A stretch of DNA of 64,000 nucleotides from positions 37,896 to 101,895 of the forward strand of contig CAVGCW010000036.1 of NCBI GenBank assembly GCA_963628025.1. Reading direction: 5' to 3'. The DNA is from Alloprevotella sp. Its GTDB lineage: Bacteria; Actinomycetota; Coriobacteriia; Coriobacteriales; Coriobacteriaceae. Positions 8,770 to 18,690 of the stretch are shown piece after piece. The stretch's first letter is position 1; each line of letters opens with the position of its first letter. The translations under genes and the position numbers were made by a program. Under the pieces are notes generated by a model, which was given only the letters and a program-made list of their open reading frames with translations, was not told the origin of the DNA and made no database searches.

Positions 8770-11082
8770 ATGGCTGGTAATCACTTTAAGGGCAGCGATA
8801 GCGGCCGTCCTGCAGTTCCGCCGCGTCCGAACGGGGCTGGAAGGGCCGGCGCGCCGGGCGACGCTGGACAGGGCGGCTCCGGTAAGCGCGTGTCCCCGGG
8901 CGAGACGGCGATGTTTACCGCTCTGTACGAGCAGTCTCAAAAGGCAAAAAAGACCGGCCGTGCAAGAGGGAATGTCTTTGCGGGCGGTGCAACCTCCGCG
9001 TCGCAGCCGAGCGGGGCTCCTTCGGTACCTGCGAACAACGCAGGTGCTGCCAACGCCGCGAATGCCGCCGGCAACGTTAATGCCGGCAAGGCCGCCAACA
9101 ATACTCCTTCTGCCGGTGGCGCGGGGCTTACGGGTAACCTTGGCACGATTTACACCGGCGCCTCCGAGACTGGCACGTTCGCCCGCCTGGATGATAGCGG
9201 TGCCGAGTTTGCGGGCTCGGGTTCCAAGGAAGATTATTACGATTTTGGCTTGAACTACGGTAGCGACGCTTCGTCGAGTTCGACCTCTGACGGTCTGGTC
9301 CGTCATCGCCATCGCAAGGGCGAGCGCAAAAAGCGTCACACTGGCGCCATTATTGCCGCTGTGGTCGTGGTGCTTCTCGTTGCGCTTGGCGCAAGCGGCT
9401 TTATGCTGCTTAACTCGGCAAAGACCGTAAAGAGCGAAGCGAAGGAGGCTGTCGAGATTGTCGGTGGCCTTAAGGACAAGGTCACGTCGGGCGATTTTTC
9501 GACGCTGCCTGACGACGCGAAGAAGATCGATGAGCTCTGCGACAGCATGAAGGCGGAGACTTCGAGCCCGCTGTGGACGGCGGCTTCGTTTATCCCGGTG
9601 TATGGCAGTGACATCAACGCAGCCCGCACCATGATTGATGCCCTGTCCGATGTCTCGAGCAATGCGCTGGTTCCCATGGCCGATAACCTTTCGCAGGCTA
9701 CGCCCGGCAAGCTGTTCCAGGACGGCATGATTAACGTGTCCGCGCTGCAGGCGGTCGCCGATTCGCTTTCCAGCAGCTCGAAGGTGTTCAAGAGCGCCAA
9801 CGAGAAGGTCCAGGGCATTGGCGATACTCATATTTCCCAGGTGACCGAGCTGGTCGATAAGGCCAAGGACGGCTTTGCCACCCTCAACGGCGCGGTTGAC
9901 GCGGCGGAGAAGGTCGCCCCCGTCCTTCCCCAGATGCTCGGCGCCAACGGCCAGACGCGCAACTACCTTATGTACGCCATGAACAACGTCGAGATTCGTG
10001 CCTGCGGCGGCTTTGGCGGTTCGCAGGGTCTGATTTCGGTCACCGACGGCCAGATGTCGATTGGCGAGTTTGTTCCCTGCATTGCGCGCAGCAAAGACGA
10101 GGCGGTTGAGAGCGTCGACGAAGAAGATGAGACGCTGTTTGGTGACCACAGCAACCTATACATCTCGGGCAACACCTATTCGCCCGACTGGCCCCGTAAT
10201 TCGCAGCGTGTCGCCGCGCTGTGGAAGTCTGAATATGGTCAGGACGTCGATGGCGTCATTGGTATCGATCCGGTATTCCTGCAGTATCTGTTGGGCCTCG
10301 TGGGTAATGTTTCACTGCCCGACGGTACAGTCGTTGACGGTACTAACGCGGCGAAGGTGCTTATGCATGATGTGTACTGGAACTATCCGGTCGAGGAGTC
10401 GGACGGCATCTTTGCATCCGTCGCCAGCGCTGCCTTTGACAAGATCCTTGGCGGTATCGGCGACGTCGATGTTGCGAACCTTGTCAGCGCCGTTGAGCGC
10501 GGTGCCGAAGAGGGTCGCCTGATCGCGTGGATGAAAAACGATGACGAGCAGAACGCTATCAAGGAGATGAACATCGACGCCTCACTGCCCGATCCGGATG
10601 ACCCGAGTGAAGATCCCGTTGCTGGTGTCTACTTCAACAACCTGAGCTTCTCCAAGCTCGACTGGTATCTGAACGCCGATACGCAGATTGGTCAGGGCGT
10701 GAAGAACGGCGACGGCGCTTGCTCGTATCGCATCACCGTTACCCTGACGAACATCATGACGCAGGAGGAGGCAGGTAAGCTGCCCGACTACGTAGCGGCC
10801 AGTGCGCCTGGGACCTCGCGTGACGATGAGCGCTTGTATGTATCACTGTTTGCGCCGACAGGCGGCAGCATTACCGATCTAACCGTCGAGGGGACTCAGT
10901 TTGGACTGTTCGCTGCCACTTGGCACGGAGTTCCCTGCTATTCAGGAACCGTTGACCTGCATGCTGGCGAGACGACGACGATCACGTATACGCTGACCAC
11001 GTCGGCCGAGGCGGGGGACAAGCCGCTTACGCTGCGTCAGACTCCTACATGCCAGGCGGCTCGCGACAGCGCGTCGGCGTAG
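8770..11082 (+). CDS. DUF4012-domain membrane-anchored protein
   Basis: Low-complexity N-terminus, a single TM (IIAAVVVVLLVALGASGFMLL), and the signature TRNYLMYAMNNVEIRACGGFGGS. Confidence 0.75.
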   Translation: MAGNHFKGSDSGRPAVPPRPNGAGRAGAPGDAGQGGSGKRVSPGETAMFTALYEQSQKAKKTGRARGNVFAGGATSASQPSGAPSVPANNAGAANAANAAGNVNAGKAANNTPSAGGAGLTGNLGTIYTGASETGTFARLDDSGAEFAGSGSKEDYYDFGLNYGSDASSSSTSDGLVRHRHRKGERKKRHTGAIIAAVVVVLLVALGASGFMLLNSAKTVKSEAKEAVEIVGGLKDKVTSGDFSTLPDDAKKIDELCDSMKAETSSPLWTAASFIPVYGSDINAARTMIDALSDVSSNALVPMADNLSQATPGKLFQDGMINVSALQAVADSLSSSSKVFKSANEKVQGIGDTHISQVTELVDKAKDGFATLNGAVDAAEKVAPVLPQMLGANGQTRNYLMYAMNNVEIRACGGFGGSQGLISVTDGQMSIGEFVPCIARSKDEAVESVDEEDETLFGDHSNLYISGNTYSPDWPRNSQRVAALWKSEYGQDVDGVIGIDPVFLQYLLGLVGNVSLPDGTVVDGTNAAKVLMHDVYWNYPVEESDGIFASVASAAFDKILGGIGDVDVANLVSAVERGAEEGRLIAWMKNDDEQNAIKEMNIDASLPDPDDPSEDPVAGVYFNNLSFSKLDWYLNADTQIGQGVKNGDGACSYRITVTLTNIMTQEEAGKLPDYVAASAPGTSRDDERLYVSLFAPTGGSITDLTVEGTQFGLFAATWHGVPCYSGTVDLHAGETTTITYTLTTSAEAGDKPLTLRQTPTCQAARDSASA

Positions 11083-11119
11083 GGTTTTTCTGGTAGTGCA
11101 GATAATCGAGTACCATTTT

Positions 11120-11152
11120 GGGGCGGACAGGCAATCTGTCCGCCCCTATTTT
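11120..11152 (+). terminator. rho-independent terminator
   Basis: ggggcggacag-gcaat-ctgtccgcccc followed by TATTTT. Confidence 0.7.
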
Positions 11153-11165
11153 GTAAGGAGAGCGC

Positions 11166-12497
11166 ATGAAGTACTTTGGCACCGACGGCTTTCGCGGTGA
11201 GGCCAACGTTGGGCTGACGGTAGAGCACGCTTATAAGATTGGCCGTTTTGTGGGCTGGTATTACGGCGCCAACCGCGAGCGCAAGGCACGCGTGATCGTG
11301 GGCAAGGACACGCGTCGCTCGAGTTATATGTTTGAGGCGGCGCTGGTGAGCGGCCTGGTCGCGAGCGGTGCGGACGCCTATATGCTGCACGTGATCCCCA
11401 CGCCGGGCGTAGCGCATCAGACTGTGGAAGGCTGCTTCGATTGCGGCATCATGATCAGCGCGAGCCACAACCCGTTTTGCGATAACGGCATTAAGCTAGT
11501 CAACAGCGACGGCTTTAAGATGGACGAGGACGTGCTGGAGCTCATCGAGGACTACATCGATGGCAAGAGCGAAGTTCCGCTGGCCACGGGCAACCACATC
11601 GGTGCCACGGTGGACTACATGCAGGGCCGCAACCGCTACATTGCTTCGCTCATTGCAAGTGCGAACTTTTCGCTGCAGGGCGTCAAGATCGGTATCGACT
11701 GCGCCAACGGCTCGGCTTCTTCGGTGGCCAAGCCGGTGTTTGACGCGCTCGGTGCCGACGTGCGCGTGATCAACGCCGCGCCCGATGGCTTTAACATCAA
11801 CGTCGACTGCGGCTCCACGCATATGGAGCGCCTGCAGCGCCATGTGGTGGAGCAGGGCCTGGACGTGGGTTTTGCCTACGATGGCGATGCCGACCGCTGC
11901 CTGGCCGTGGATGAGCGCGGTCGCGTGGTAGACGGCGACCAGATCCTGTACGTGTGCGGCGTGTACCTGAACAAGCACGGGCGTCTCTCGGGCGGTACCG
12001 TGGTACCGACGATCGCCAGCAACTTTGGTCTGGTCAAGTCGCTGGAGCTTGCCGGACTGAGCGCCGTGACCAGCGGCGTGGGCGACCGTCACGTGTATGC
12101 CAAGATGCGCGAGGGCGGCTACAGCCTGGGCGGCGAGCAGACGGGCCATACGATCTTTGGCGATATCGAGCGCACGGGCGACGGCATTATGACCTCGCTG
12201 CGCGTGATGGAAGTGATTCGTGCTGAGCGCGAGACGCTCTCGCAGCTCACGGCTCCGTGCAAGCTGCTGCCGCAGGCGCAGGTGGCCGTGCGCGTGGCGG
12301 ACAAGGACGCCGCGCTCGAGAACATGGGCGTGCAGAACGCCATCGCCGAGGCCGAGGCTGCGCTGGCAGGCGAGGGCCGCGTGCTCGTGCGCAAGAGCGG
12401 AACCGAGTCGGTTATCCGCGTGCTGGCCGAGGCGCCCGACCAAGCATCCGCCGATGCCGCCATGAAGCGCATCGCCAACGCGCTCGAGGCTCTTTAG
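11166..12497 (+). CDS. glmM: phosphohexose mutase, probable phosphoglucosamine mutase
   Basis: FGTDGFRG N-terminus, active-site SASHNPFCDNGIK, metal loop DGDADR. AAGGAG RBS. Confidence 0.8.
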   Translation: MKYFGTDGFRGEANVGLTVEHAYKIGRFVGWYYGANRERKARVIVGKDTRRSSYMFEAALVSGLVASGADAYMLHVIPTPGVAHQTVEGCFDCGIMISASHNPFCDNGIKLVNSDGFKMDEDVLELIEDYIDGKSEVPLATGNHIGATVDYMQGRNRYIASLIASANFSLQGVKIGIDCANGSASSVAKPVFDALGADVRVINAAPDGFNINVDCGSTHMERLQRHVVEQGLDVGFAYDGDADRCLAVDERGRVVDGDQILYVCGVYLNKHGRLSGGTVVPTIASNFGLVKSLELAGLSAVTSGVGDRHVYAKMREGGYSLGGEQTGHTIFGDIERTGDGIMTSLRVMEVIRAERETLSQLTAPCKLLPQAQVAVRVADKDAALENMGVQNAIAEAEAALAGEGRVLVRKSGTESVIRVLAEAPDQASADAAMKRIANALEAL

Positions 12498-12763
12498 TTA
12501 CGCGGTTTTACCAAACCGCGTAACTGCTCGACGCTGCAAACGGCTCCAAGCGGCAATCTGACGTTCAATTTCAAGGGTGCGACCAGAAGGTCAGCGCCCT
12601 TTCATTTCACGTCACCTTGCTCGCTTGGGGCCGTTTTCGCTGACGTTGCCAAGATATCGGCGTCAACGAACTAGTCATTGGGTACCTAGTTATTGGGTGA
12701 AAAAAGGGGACGCTGCGGATTGGTTCCGCGGCGTCCCCTTTGCGTTGGCGTGTCGCCTAAGCT

Positions 12764-14347
12764 TTACAGCTCGTAGAGCGTGGTGAACTTGTCCTGCAGG
12801 TAGCTGCAGTAGTAGCGGGCATCGAACGCCATGCCGCATGCGCCCTTGATGAGTTCCGGCGCGTCTTTGGCGCGGCCCCACTGCCAAATGTGCTCGCCCA
12901 GCCATGCGCGGACGGGTGTCAGGTCGCCGCTCGCACAGGCGCCGGTAAGGTCGACACCGTCGCGGCACATGGCCGGCACAAACATGGCGTCGTAGGCGCT
13001 GCCCAGCGCATAGGTGGGGAAGTAGCCAAACGAGCCACCGCTCCAGTGCGTATCCTGCAGGCAACCACGCGTGTCGTCGGGAACGGGGATGCCCAGGTAC
13101 TCATTCATGAAGCGGTTCCAAAGCGCGGGGATGTCCTTGGCCGTGGCCTCGCCGGCAAACAGCATGCGCTCAATCTCGTAGCGCACCATAACGTGCAGCG
13201 GATAGGTGAGCTCGTCGGCCTCGGTGCGGATCAACGACGGCTGCGCGATGTTCACGGCGCGGTAGAGCGTGTCCTCGTCTACGTTGCCGTAGACCTCGGG
13301 CGCGTGGCGGCGCAGCACCTCGAGCAGCGGTCCCATAAAGGCACGGCTGCGGCCCACGGTGTTCTCAAAGAAGCGGCTCTGGCTCTCGTGAATGCCCATG
13401 GAGGTGCCGCCCTCCAGGCAGGTGCGCGCATAGGCGGGATTGACGCCCAGCTCGTACATGGTGTGCCCCGCCTCGTGGATGATGCTGTAGACGTTGGAGA
13501 TGCAATCGTCCTCGTAGATGTGTGTCGCGATGCGCGCGTCACCCACGGCAAAGCCCTCGCTAAACGGGTGCTCGGTAAAGGCAAGCGTGGTGTCGTCCAG
13601 GTTCAGGCCGACGAGCTTCATCAGGTCGAAGCTCATGGCGCGCTGGGCGGCCTTGGGCACGCGGGCGTGCAAAAAGTCGGCATCGGGCTGCTGGCCGCGC
13701 TCGCCGATGGCGTGCACGAGCGGCACGACCGTGGCCTTGACCTCCTCGCAAAACGCGTCGAAGCTCTCGGCAGAAAGGCCGCGCTCGTACTGGTCGAGCC
13801 AAACGTCGTATGGGTCGCGCTTGGGGTCCATGAGTTCGGCCTGATGCTTAAGTTGGGCGACGATTCTATCCACATAGGGCTCAAAGCTCGCCCAGTCGTT
13901 GGCCGTCTTGGCCTTGTGCCACACGGCGTCGGCCTCGCAGGTGAGCCTGGTCCAGGCTTCGGCCTCCTCGGTAGGAATAACGCTTGCCTCGCGCTGGTCG
14001 CGGCCGAGCACGCGGATCTCGTCGAGCAGCTGCGGGTCGTCTACATGTCCGCCTGCAACCGTCTCGCGCGCTAACGAGCGTACGAGCTCAACGGACTTCT
14101 CGCTGGTCAGTAGCTTGTGATGTTCGCCGGCAAGCGTGCCCATGGCGTCGGCACGGGCGGCAGCGCCGTTGGCAGGAGCAATCGTCGCTCCATCGAACTC
14201 GGCAATCTTGAGCAGGTACTCGCGAGTCCACAGCTTGCCCTCGAGTTTGCGGAACTTTTTGACGGCCTTGTCGACTTTAGCGGCCTTGACGCCCTTGGCA
14301 GCCTTTGCCACGGCGGCCTTGGCCTTCTTATCGAGTTTCTTTCCCAT
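12764..14347 (-). CDS. M32-family carboxypeptidase (Taq-type) with a Lys/Ala-rich N-terminal tail
   Basis: HEAGHTMYE zinc motif and the GIHESQSRFFEN motif. 527 aa. Confidence 0.85.
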   Translation of the reverse strand: MGKKLDKKAKAAVAKAAKGVKAAKVDKAVKKFRKLEGKLWTREYLLKIAEFDGATIAPANGAAARADAMGTLAGEHHKLLTSEKSVELVRSLARETVAGGHVDDPQLLDEIRVLGRDQREASVIPTEEAEAWTRLTCEADAVWHKAKTANDWASFEPYVDRIVAQLKHQAELMDPKRDPYDVWLDQYERGLSAESFDAFCEEVKATVVPLVHAIGERGQQPDADFLHARVPKAAQRAMSFDLMKLVGLNLDDTTLAFTEHPFSEGFAVGDARIATHIYEDDCISNVYSIIHEAGHTMYELGVNPAYARTCLEGGTSMGIHESQSRFFENTVGRSRAFMGPLLEVLRRHAPEVYGNVDEDTLYRAVNIAQPSLIRTEADELTYPLHVMVRYEIERMLFAGEATAKDIPALWNRFMNEYLGIPVPDDTRGCLQDTHWSGGSFGYFPTYALGSAYDAMFVPAMCRDGVDLTGACASGDLTPVRAWLGEHIWQWGRAKDAPELIKGACGMAFDARYYCSYLQDKFTTLYEL

Positions 14348-14469
14348 GCCGTATCCTTAATCTCGCAGGCCGAGCGCCGCAGGCGGGTGCACGGCCAGTT
14401 TGCACAGCTACCTGCCTTGTACCCAGCGCGAACAAAACTGAACGCGGCGATATGCTCGCAGAATGTGTT

Positions 14470-14772
14470 ATCCTATAGCCCAATGCGTTGACGGAGAGGG
14501 TTTTGCCCGCCGCGTCGCCGGCAAGAGAGGGAAGGTCATGGGCTGCAAGCCTTCCTACGGTGGCAAGGGCCAAGCGTTCACTCCCGAGCAGCGACCTCAA
14601 CGGGCGTGCGGCCGGTGGCAGCGAAGCCCCAGTAGGGAAGCCGTGAGCCTCGCGACAAGGGGCGCAGAGTGGGCACGGCGGGCCAGACATCCGCCGGGTC
14701 AAACAAGGTGGTACCGCGGAATTCAACCGTCCTTGGGCAATGTACATGCCCGAGGACGGTTTTTTGTTACCG
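14470..14772 (+). promoter_or_regulatory. T-box leader (Phe specifier) with intrinsic terminator, upstream of pheST
   Basis: AGAGA at 14524. Candidate specifier UUC-A at 14577-14580. T-box sequence GGTGGTACCGCG at 14707-14718. Terminator ccgtccttgggca...tgcccgaggacgg plus a T-run at 14726-14766. Confidence 0.85.
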
Positions 14773-14850
14773 AACCGGGCCGCGCATCCGCAACATCGGG
14801 CGGCGTCAGCCGTCCCGGAGCGCGGATGTGCGAGAGACGAAAGGGAAGAC

Positions 14851-15927
14851 ATGAGTCTGATTGATGATCTGGTCAAACTCGAGGAAGAGGCCAAGGAGCT
14901 CGTCACTAGCGCTGACGACGCCGCCAAGCTCGAGGCCGCGCGCGTTGAGCTGCTCGGCCGCAAGGGCCGTATCACCGGCCTGATGCGCATGATGGGCAAG
15001 CTCGCTCCCGAGGATCGTCCCATGATGGGCAAACGCGCCAACGAGATGCGCCAGCTGATCGAGGGCATGCTCGACGAGCGCACCACCGAGATGAAGGCCG
15101 CCGCCCTCAAGCACGCACTCGAGCACGAGGCCGTCGACATCACGCTGCCGGGCATCCGTCCGCAGATCGGTCACCAGCACCTGATCAAGCAGATCATCGA
15201 GGAGGCCGAGGACATCTTCTGCGGCATCGGCTACACCGTCGAGTCCGGCCCCATGGTCGATACCTCCTACTACAACTTCACCGCGCTCAACGCGCCCATG
15301 GATCACCCGAGCCGCTCGGCTCGCGACACGTTCTATGTGGTCGACAACAACCCCGGCAGCGTCGCGCATCCCGAGGCTCACGCTCACGGCGAGTCCGACG
15401 TGCTGCTGCGCACCCAGACCTCGGGCGTGCAGATCCACACCATGGAGTCGCAGAAGCCGCCCATCTACATGATCTGCCCGGGCACCGTCTACCGTCCCGA
15501 CACGGCCGACGCCTGCCACCTGCCGCAGTTCAACCAGATCGAGGGCCTGGTCGTCGACGAGGGTATCACCTTTGGCGATCTTAAGGGCACGCTCGACTAC
15601 TTTGTTAAGTGCATGTTTGGCGAGGATCGCAAGACGCGCTATCGCCCGCACTTCTTCCCCTTCACCGAGCCTTCCTGCGAGGTGGACGTGAGCTGCCACG
15701 TGTGCGGCGGCAAGGGCTGCAACTTCTGCAAGCACAGCGGCTGGATCGAGATCCTGGGCTGCGGCATGGTCGACCCCAACGTCCTGATCAACTGCGGCAT
15801 CGACCCCGAGAAGTACACCGGCTTCGCCTTTGGTATTGGCGCCGAGCGCGTCGCGGCCCTGCGCTACGACCTGCCCGACCTGCGCACGTTGATGACTGGT
15901 GACATGAGGTTCTTGAACCAGTTCTAG
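14851..15927 (+). CDS. pheS: phenylalanine--tRNA ligase alpha subunit
   Basis: Class II aaRS motifs (FRPD-like YRPD, GIGAERVA). ATG 14851 is preceded by AAAGGGAAG. The track ORF start at 14740 lies inside the T-box terminator. Confidence 0.95.
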   Translation: MSLIDDLVKLEEEAKELVTSADDAAKLEAARVELLGRKGRITGLMRMMGKLAPEDRPMMGKRANEMRQLIEGMLDERTTEMKAAALKHALEHEAVDITLPGIRPQIGHQHLIKQIIEEAEDIFCGIGYTVESGPMVDTSYYNFTALNAPMDHPSRSARDTFYVVDNNPGSVAHPEAHAHGESDVLLRTQTSGVQIHTMESQKPPIYMICPGTVYRPDTADACHLPQFNQIEGLVVDEGITFGDLKGTLDYFVKCMFGEDRKTRYRPHFFPFTEPSCEVDVSCHVCGGKGCNFCKHSGWIEILGCGMVDPNVLINCGIDPEKYTGFAFGIGAERVAALRYDLPDLRTLMTGDMRFLNQF

Positions 15928-15990
15928 AACGCTTTCTTCTTAGTTGTAGTTTCCGGCTCAAAGCCGCATTTATGAAAGGAGACCAGTTAG

Positions 15991-18444
15991 ATGCGCGTTT
16001 CTTACGACTGGCTCAAGACCATGATCGATATTCCGGAGGATCCCAAGACCCTTTCGGACGAATATATCCGTACCGGCACCGAGGTCGAGGCGATCGACAC
16101 CGTGGGCGAGTCCTTCGACCACGTGGTGACTGCCAAGGTGCTCACCAAGACCCCGCACCCCGATAGCGACCACATGTATGTGTGCTCGGTCGACGTGGGC
16201 GACAAGAATCTCGACGCCGACGGCAACCCCGCCCCGCTGCAGATCGTTTGCGGCGCGCAGAACTTTGAGGCTGGCGACCACATCGTCACGGCAATGATCG
16301 GCGCTGTGCTTCCCGGTGACGTCAAGATCAAGAAGAGCAAGCTTCGCGGCGTCGTGTCCATGGGCATGAACTGCTCTGCGCGCGAGCTCGGCCTGGGCGG
16401 CGACCACTCCGGCATCATGATCCTGCCCGAGGATACGCCCTGCGGCATGCCGTTTGCCGAGTACGTGGGCTCGAGCGACACCGTGCTCGACTGCGAGATC
16501 ACGCCCAACCGCCCCGACTGCCTGTCCATGATCGGCATGGCCCGCGAAACCGGTGCCATCTTCGACCGCGATTTCCACGTTGAGCTGCCCGCCATCAAGG
16601 CGGAGACCGGCCGCGCGACCGACGACGAGCTTTCCGTCGAGATTGCCGACGAGGGCCTGTGCGACCGCTACGTCGCTCGCATCGTGCGCAACGTGAAGGT
16701 CGGCCCCTCGCCCGACTGGATGGTCAAGCGCCTCAACGCCCTGGGCGTGCGCCCGCACAACAACATCGTCGATATCACCAACTACGTGATGATGCTCACC
16801 GGCCAGCCGCTGCACGCCTTTGACCTCGACACCTTTGCCGAGCGCGATGACAGGCGCCGCGTGGTGGTTCGCGCCGCCCAGCAGGACGAGAAGTTCACGA
16901 CGCTCGATGGCGAGGAGCGTGTGCTCGACGCCGGCATGGGCCTCATCACCGACGGCGAGCGTCCCGTGGCGCTGGCCGGTGTCATGGGCGGCATGGATTC
17001 CGAGATCGAGGACGATACCGTCGATGTGATGGTCGAGAGCGCCTGCTTCAATGCCGGCCGCACCTCGCACACCAGCCGTGACCTGTCGCTGATCTCCGAC
17101 GCCTCCATCCGCTTTGAGCGCCAGGTCGACGAGACCGGCTGCGTGGACGTCGCCAATGTGACGTGCGCGCTTATCGAGGAGATTGCCGGCGGCGAGGTCG
17201 CCCCCGGCTATGTGGACGTGTTCCCCGCGCCCAAGACCATCGACAGCATCAAGCTGCGCCTGGCCCGCGTGCACGCCATCTGCGGTGCCGACATCGAGCC
17301 CGACTTTATCGAGCGCTCGCTCACCCGCCTGGGCTGCACCGTCGAGCGCGACGGCGAGGACTTTATGGTCACGCCGCCGAGCTTCCGTCCCGACCTGCCG
17401 CGTGAGATCGACCTGATCGAGGAGGTCCTGCGCCTATGGGGCATGGGTCGCGTCACGGCAACCATTCCGGCTGCCAAGAACCACATCGGCGGTCTGACGC
17501 GCGAGCAGAAGCTTACCCGCAAGGTCGGCGAGATCCTGCGCGCCTGTGGCCTCAACGAGACCACGACCTTTGGCTTTGCTGCCCCGGGCGACCTGGAGAA
17601 GATTGGCATGTCCACCGAGGGCCGCGGCTGCCCCGTGGTCCTCATGAACCCGCTGGTGGCCGAGCAGACCGAGATGCGCCGCTCGCTGCTGCCGGGTCTG
17701 CTGCAGTCTGTGGCCTACAACGAGGCCCACGGCACGCCCAACGTGCATCTGTACGAGGTCGGCAGTCTGTTCCACGGTCGCGAGAACGCCAGCCTGCCCA
17801 AGGAGACCAAGTCCGTGGCGGGCGTGCTCTCGGGCCAGTGGAGCGAGCAGTCTTGGAGCATGAAGTACCGCAAGCTGCGTTTCTTCTTTGGCAAGGGCAT
17901 CGTTGAGGAGCTGCTTGCCCAGCTGCGCATCGAGAAGGTTCGCTTCCGTCCCGTCGAGGGCGAGAGTTATGCCTTCCTGCAGCCGGGTCGTGCTGCCGAG
18001 GTGCTCTCGGGCGGTACCGTACTCGGCTGGGTTGGCGAGATCCACCCCGAGGCGCGCGAGGCTATAGGCATTGACGAGGTCGTCGTTGCCTTTGAGCTCG
18101 ATCTGGACAAGCTGATCAAGGGCGCCCGCAACCAGGAGAACTACCGCGAGTTCTCGCAGTACCCGCCCGTTGAGCACGATCTGGCTATCGTGGTCGACAA
18201 CACCGTGACCTGCGAGGATCTTGAGCGCCGCATTACCAGCGCCGGCGGCAAGCTGCTCGAGGGCGTGCGCCTGTTCGACGTCTACCGCGATCCCATCCGC
18301 ATCGGAGCAGGCAAGAAGTCCATGGCCTTTGCGCTTACGTATCGCTCCGACGACCACACGCTCACCAGCGAAGAGGTCGAAAAGGCGCACCAGAAGATCG
18401 TCACCAAGGTGTGCAAGGGCGTAAACGGCGAGGTCCGCGGCTAG
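15991..18444 (+). CDS. pheT: phenylalanine--tRNA ligase beta subunit
   Basis: 817 aa. N-terminal MRVSYDWLK, with tRNA-binding, B3/4, B5 and FDX-ACB domain order. Confidence 0.95.
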   Translation: MRVSYDWLKTMIDIPEDPKTLSDEYIRTGTEVEAIDTVGESFDHVVTAKVLTKTPHPDSDHMYVCSVDVGDKNLDADGNPAPLQIVCGAQNFEAGDHIVTAMIGAVLPGDVKIKKSKLRGVVSMGMNCSARELGLGGDHSGIMILPEDTPCGMPFAEYVGSSDTVLDCEITPNRPDCLSMIGMARETGAIFDRDFHVELPAIKAETGRATDDELSVEIADEGLCDRYVARIVRNVKVGPSPDWMVKRLNALGVRPHNNIVDITNYVMMLTGQPLHAFDLDTFAERDDRRRVVVRAAQQDEKFTTLDGEERVLDAGMGLITDGERPVALAGVMGGMDSEIEDDTVDVMVESACFNAGRTSHTSRDLSLISDASIRFERQVDETGCVDVANVTCALIEEIAGGEVAPGYVDVFPAPKTIDSIKLRLARVHAICGADIEPDFIERSLTRLGCTVERDGEDFMVTPPSFRPDLPREIDLIEEVLRLWGMGRVTATIPAAKNHIGGLTREQKLTRKVGEILRACGLNETTTFGFAAPGDLEKIGMSTEGRGCPVVLMNPLVAEQTEMRRSLLPGLLQSVAYNEAHGTPNVHLYEVGSLFHGRENASLPKETKSVAGVLSGQWSEQSWSMKYRKLRFFFGKGIVEELLAQLRIEKVRFRPVEGESYAFLQPGRAAEVLSGGTVLGWVGEIHPEAREAIGIDEVVVAFELDLDKLIKGARNQENYREFSQYPPVEHDLAIVVDNTVTCEDLERRITSAGGKLLEGVRLFDVYRDPIRIGAGKKSMAFALTYRSDDHTLTSEEVEKAHQKIVTKVCKGVNGEVRG

Positions 18445-18553
18445 GTCCTGCGCTGGGGTATGGGTTGGTGGCGACTGCTGCCGAATCCTACAAGACCGTT
18501 ATGCTCGGTATAAGGCACTGCTGAGCCTGCATATATGACACGCGCATTACATA

Positions 18554-18588
18554 ACGGCGTGCTGCTTTGTCGGCAGTGCGCCGTTTTG
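18554..18588 (+). terminator. rho-independent terminator after pheT
   Basis: cggcgtgctgc-tttgt-cggcagtgcgccg followed by TTTT. Confidence 0.6.
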
Positions 18589-18605
18589 CTATGATAGCCC
18601 GCGGC

Positions 18606-18633
18606 GTGTTACGAATCTGACAATACGTAACAC
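18606..18633. promoter_or_regulatory. perfect 8-nt inverted repeat (GTGTTACG-N12-CGTAACAC), candidate operator
   Basis: Seen directly, about 58 nt upstream of the cbiM-like start codon. Confidence 0.35.
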
Positions 18634-18690
18634 TGGCAAGGTGATTCAAGCGGCGTTGCAATTCTGTGCGCCGATAACCGGGAGGCGTAC

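Noticed and set aside
12527-12700. About 170-nt convergent spacer between the glmM and M32 genes, with a weak hairpin (12576-12612), as a possible sRNA.
   Set aside because: The stem is imperfect, I see no promoter, and both flanking genes already have their own good terminators. The evidence is insufficient.
18445-18690. Cobalamin or NiCo riboswitch upstream of the cbiM-like gene.
   Set aside because: No B12-box-like sequence or NiCo four-way-junction signature is visible. Only a terminator and a short palindrome are present.
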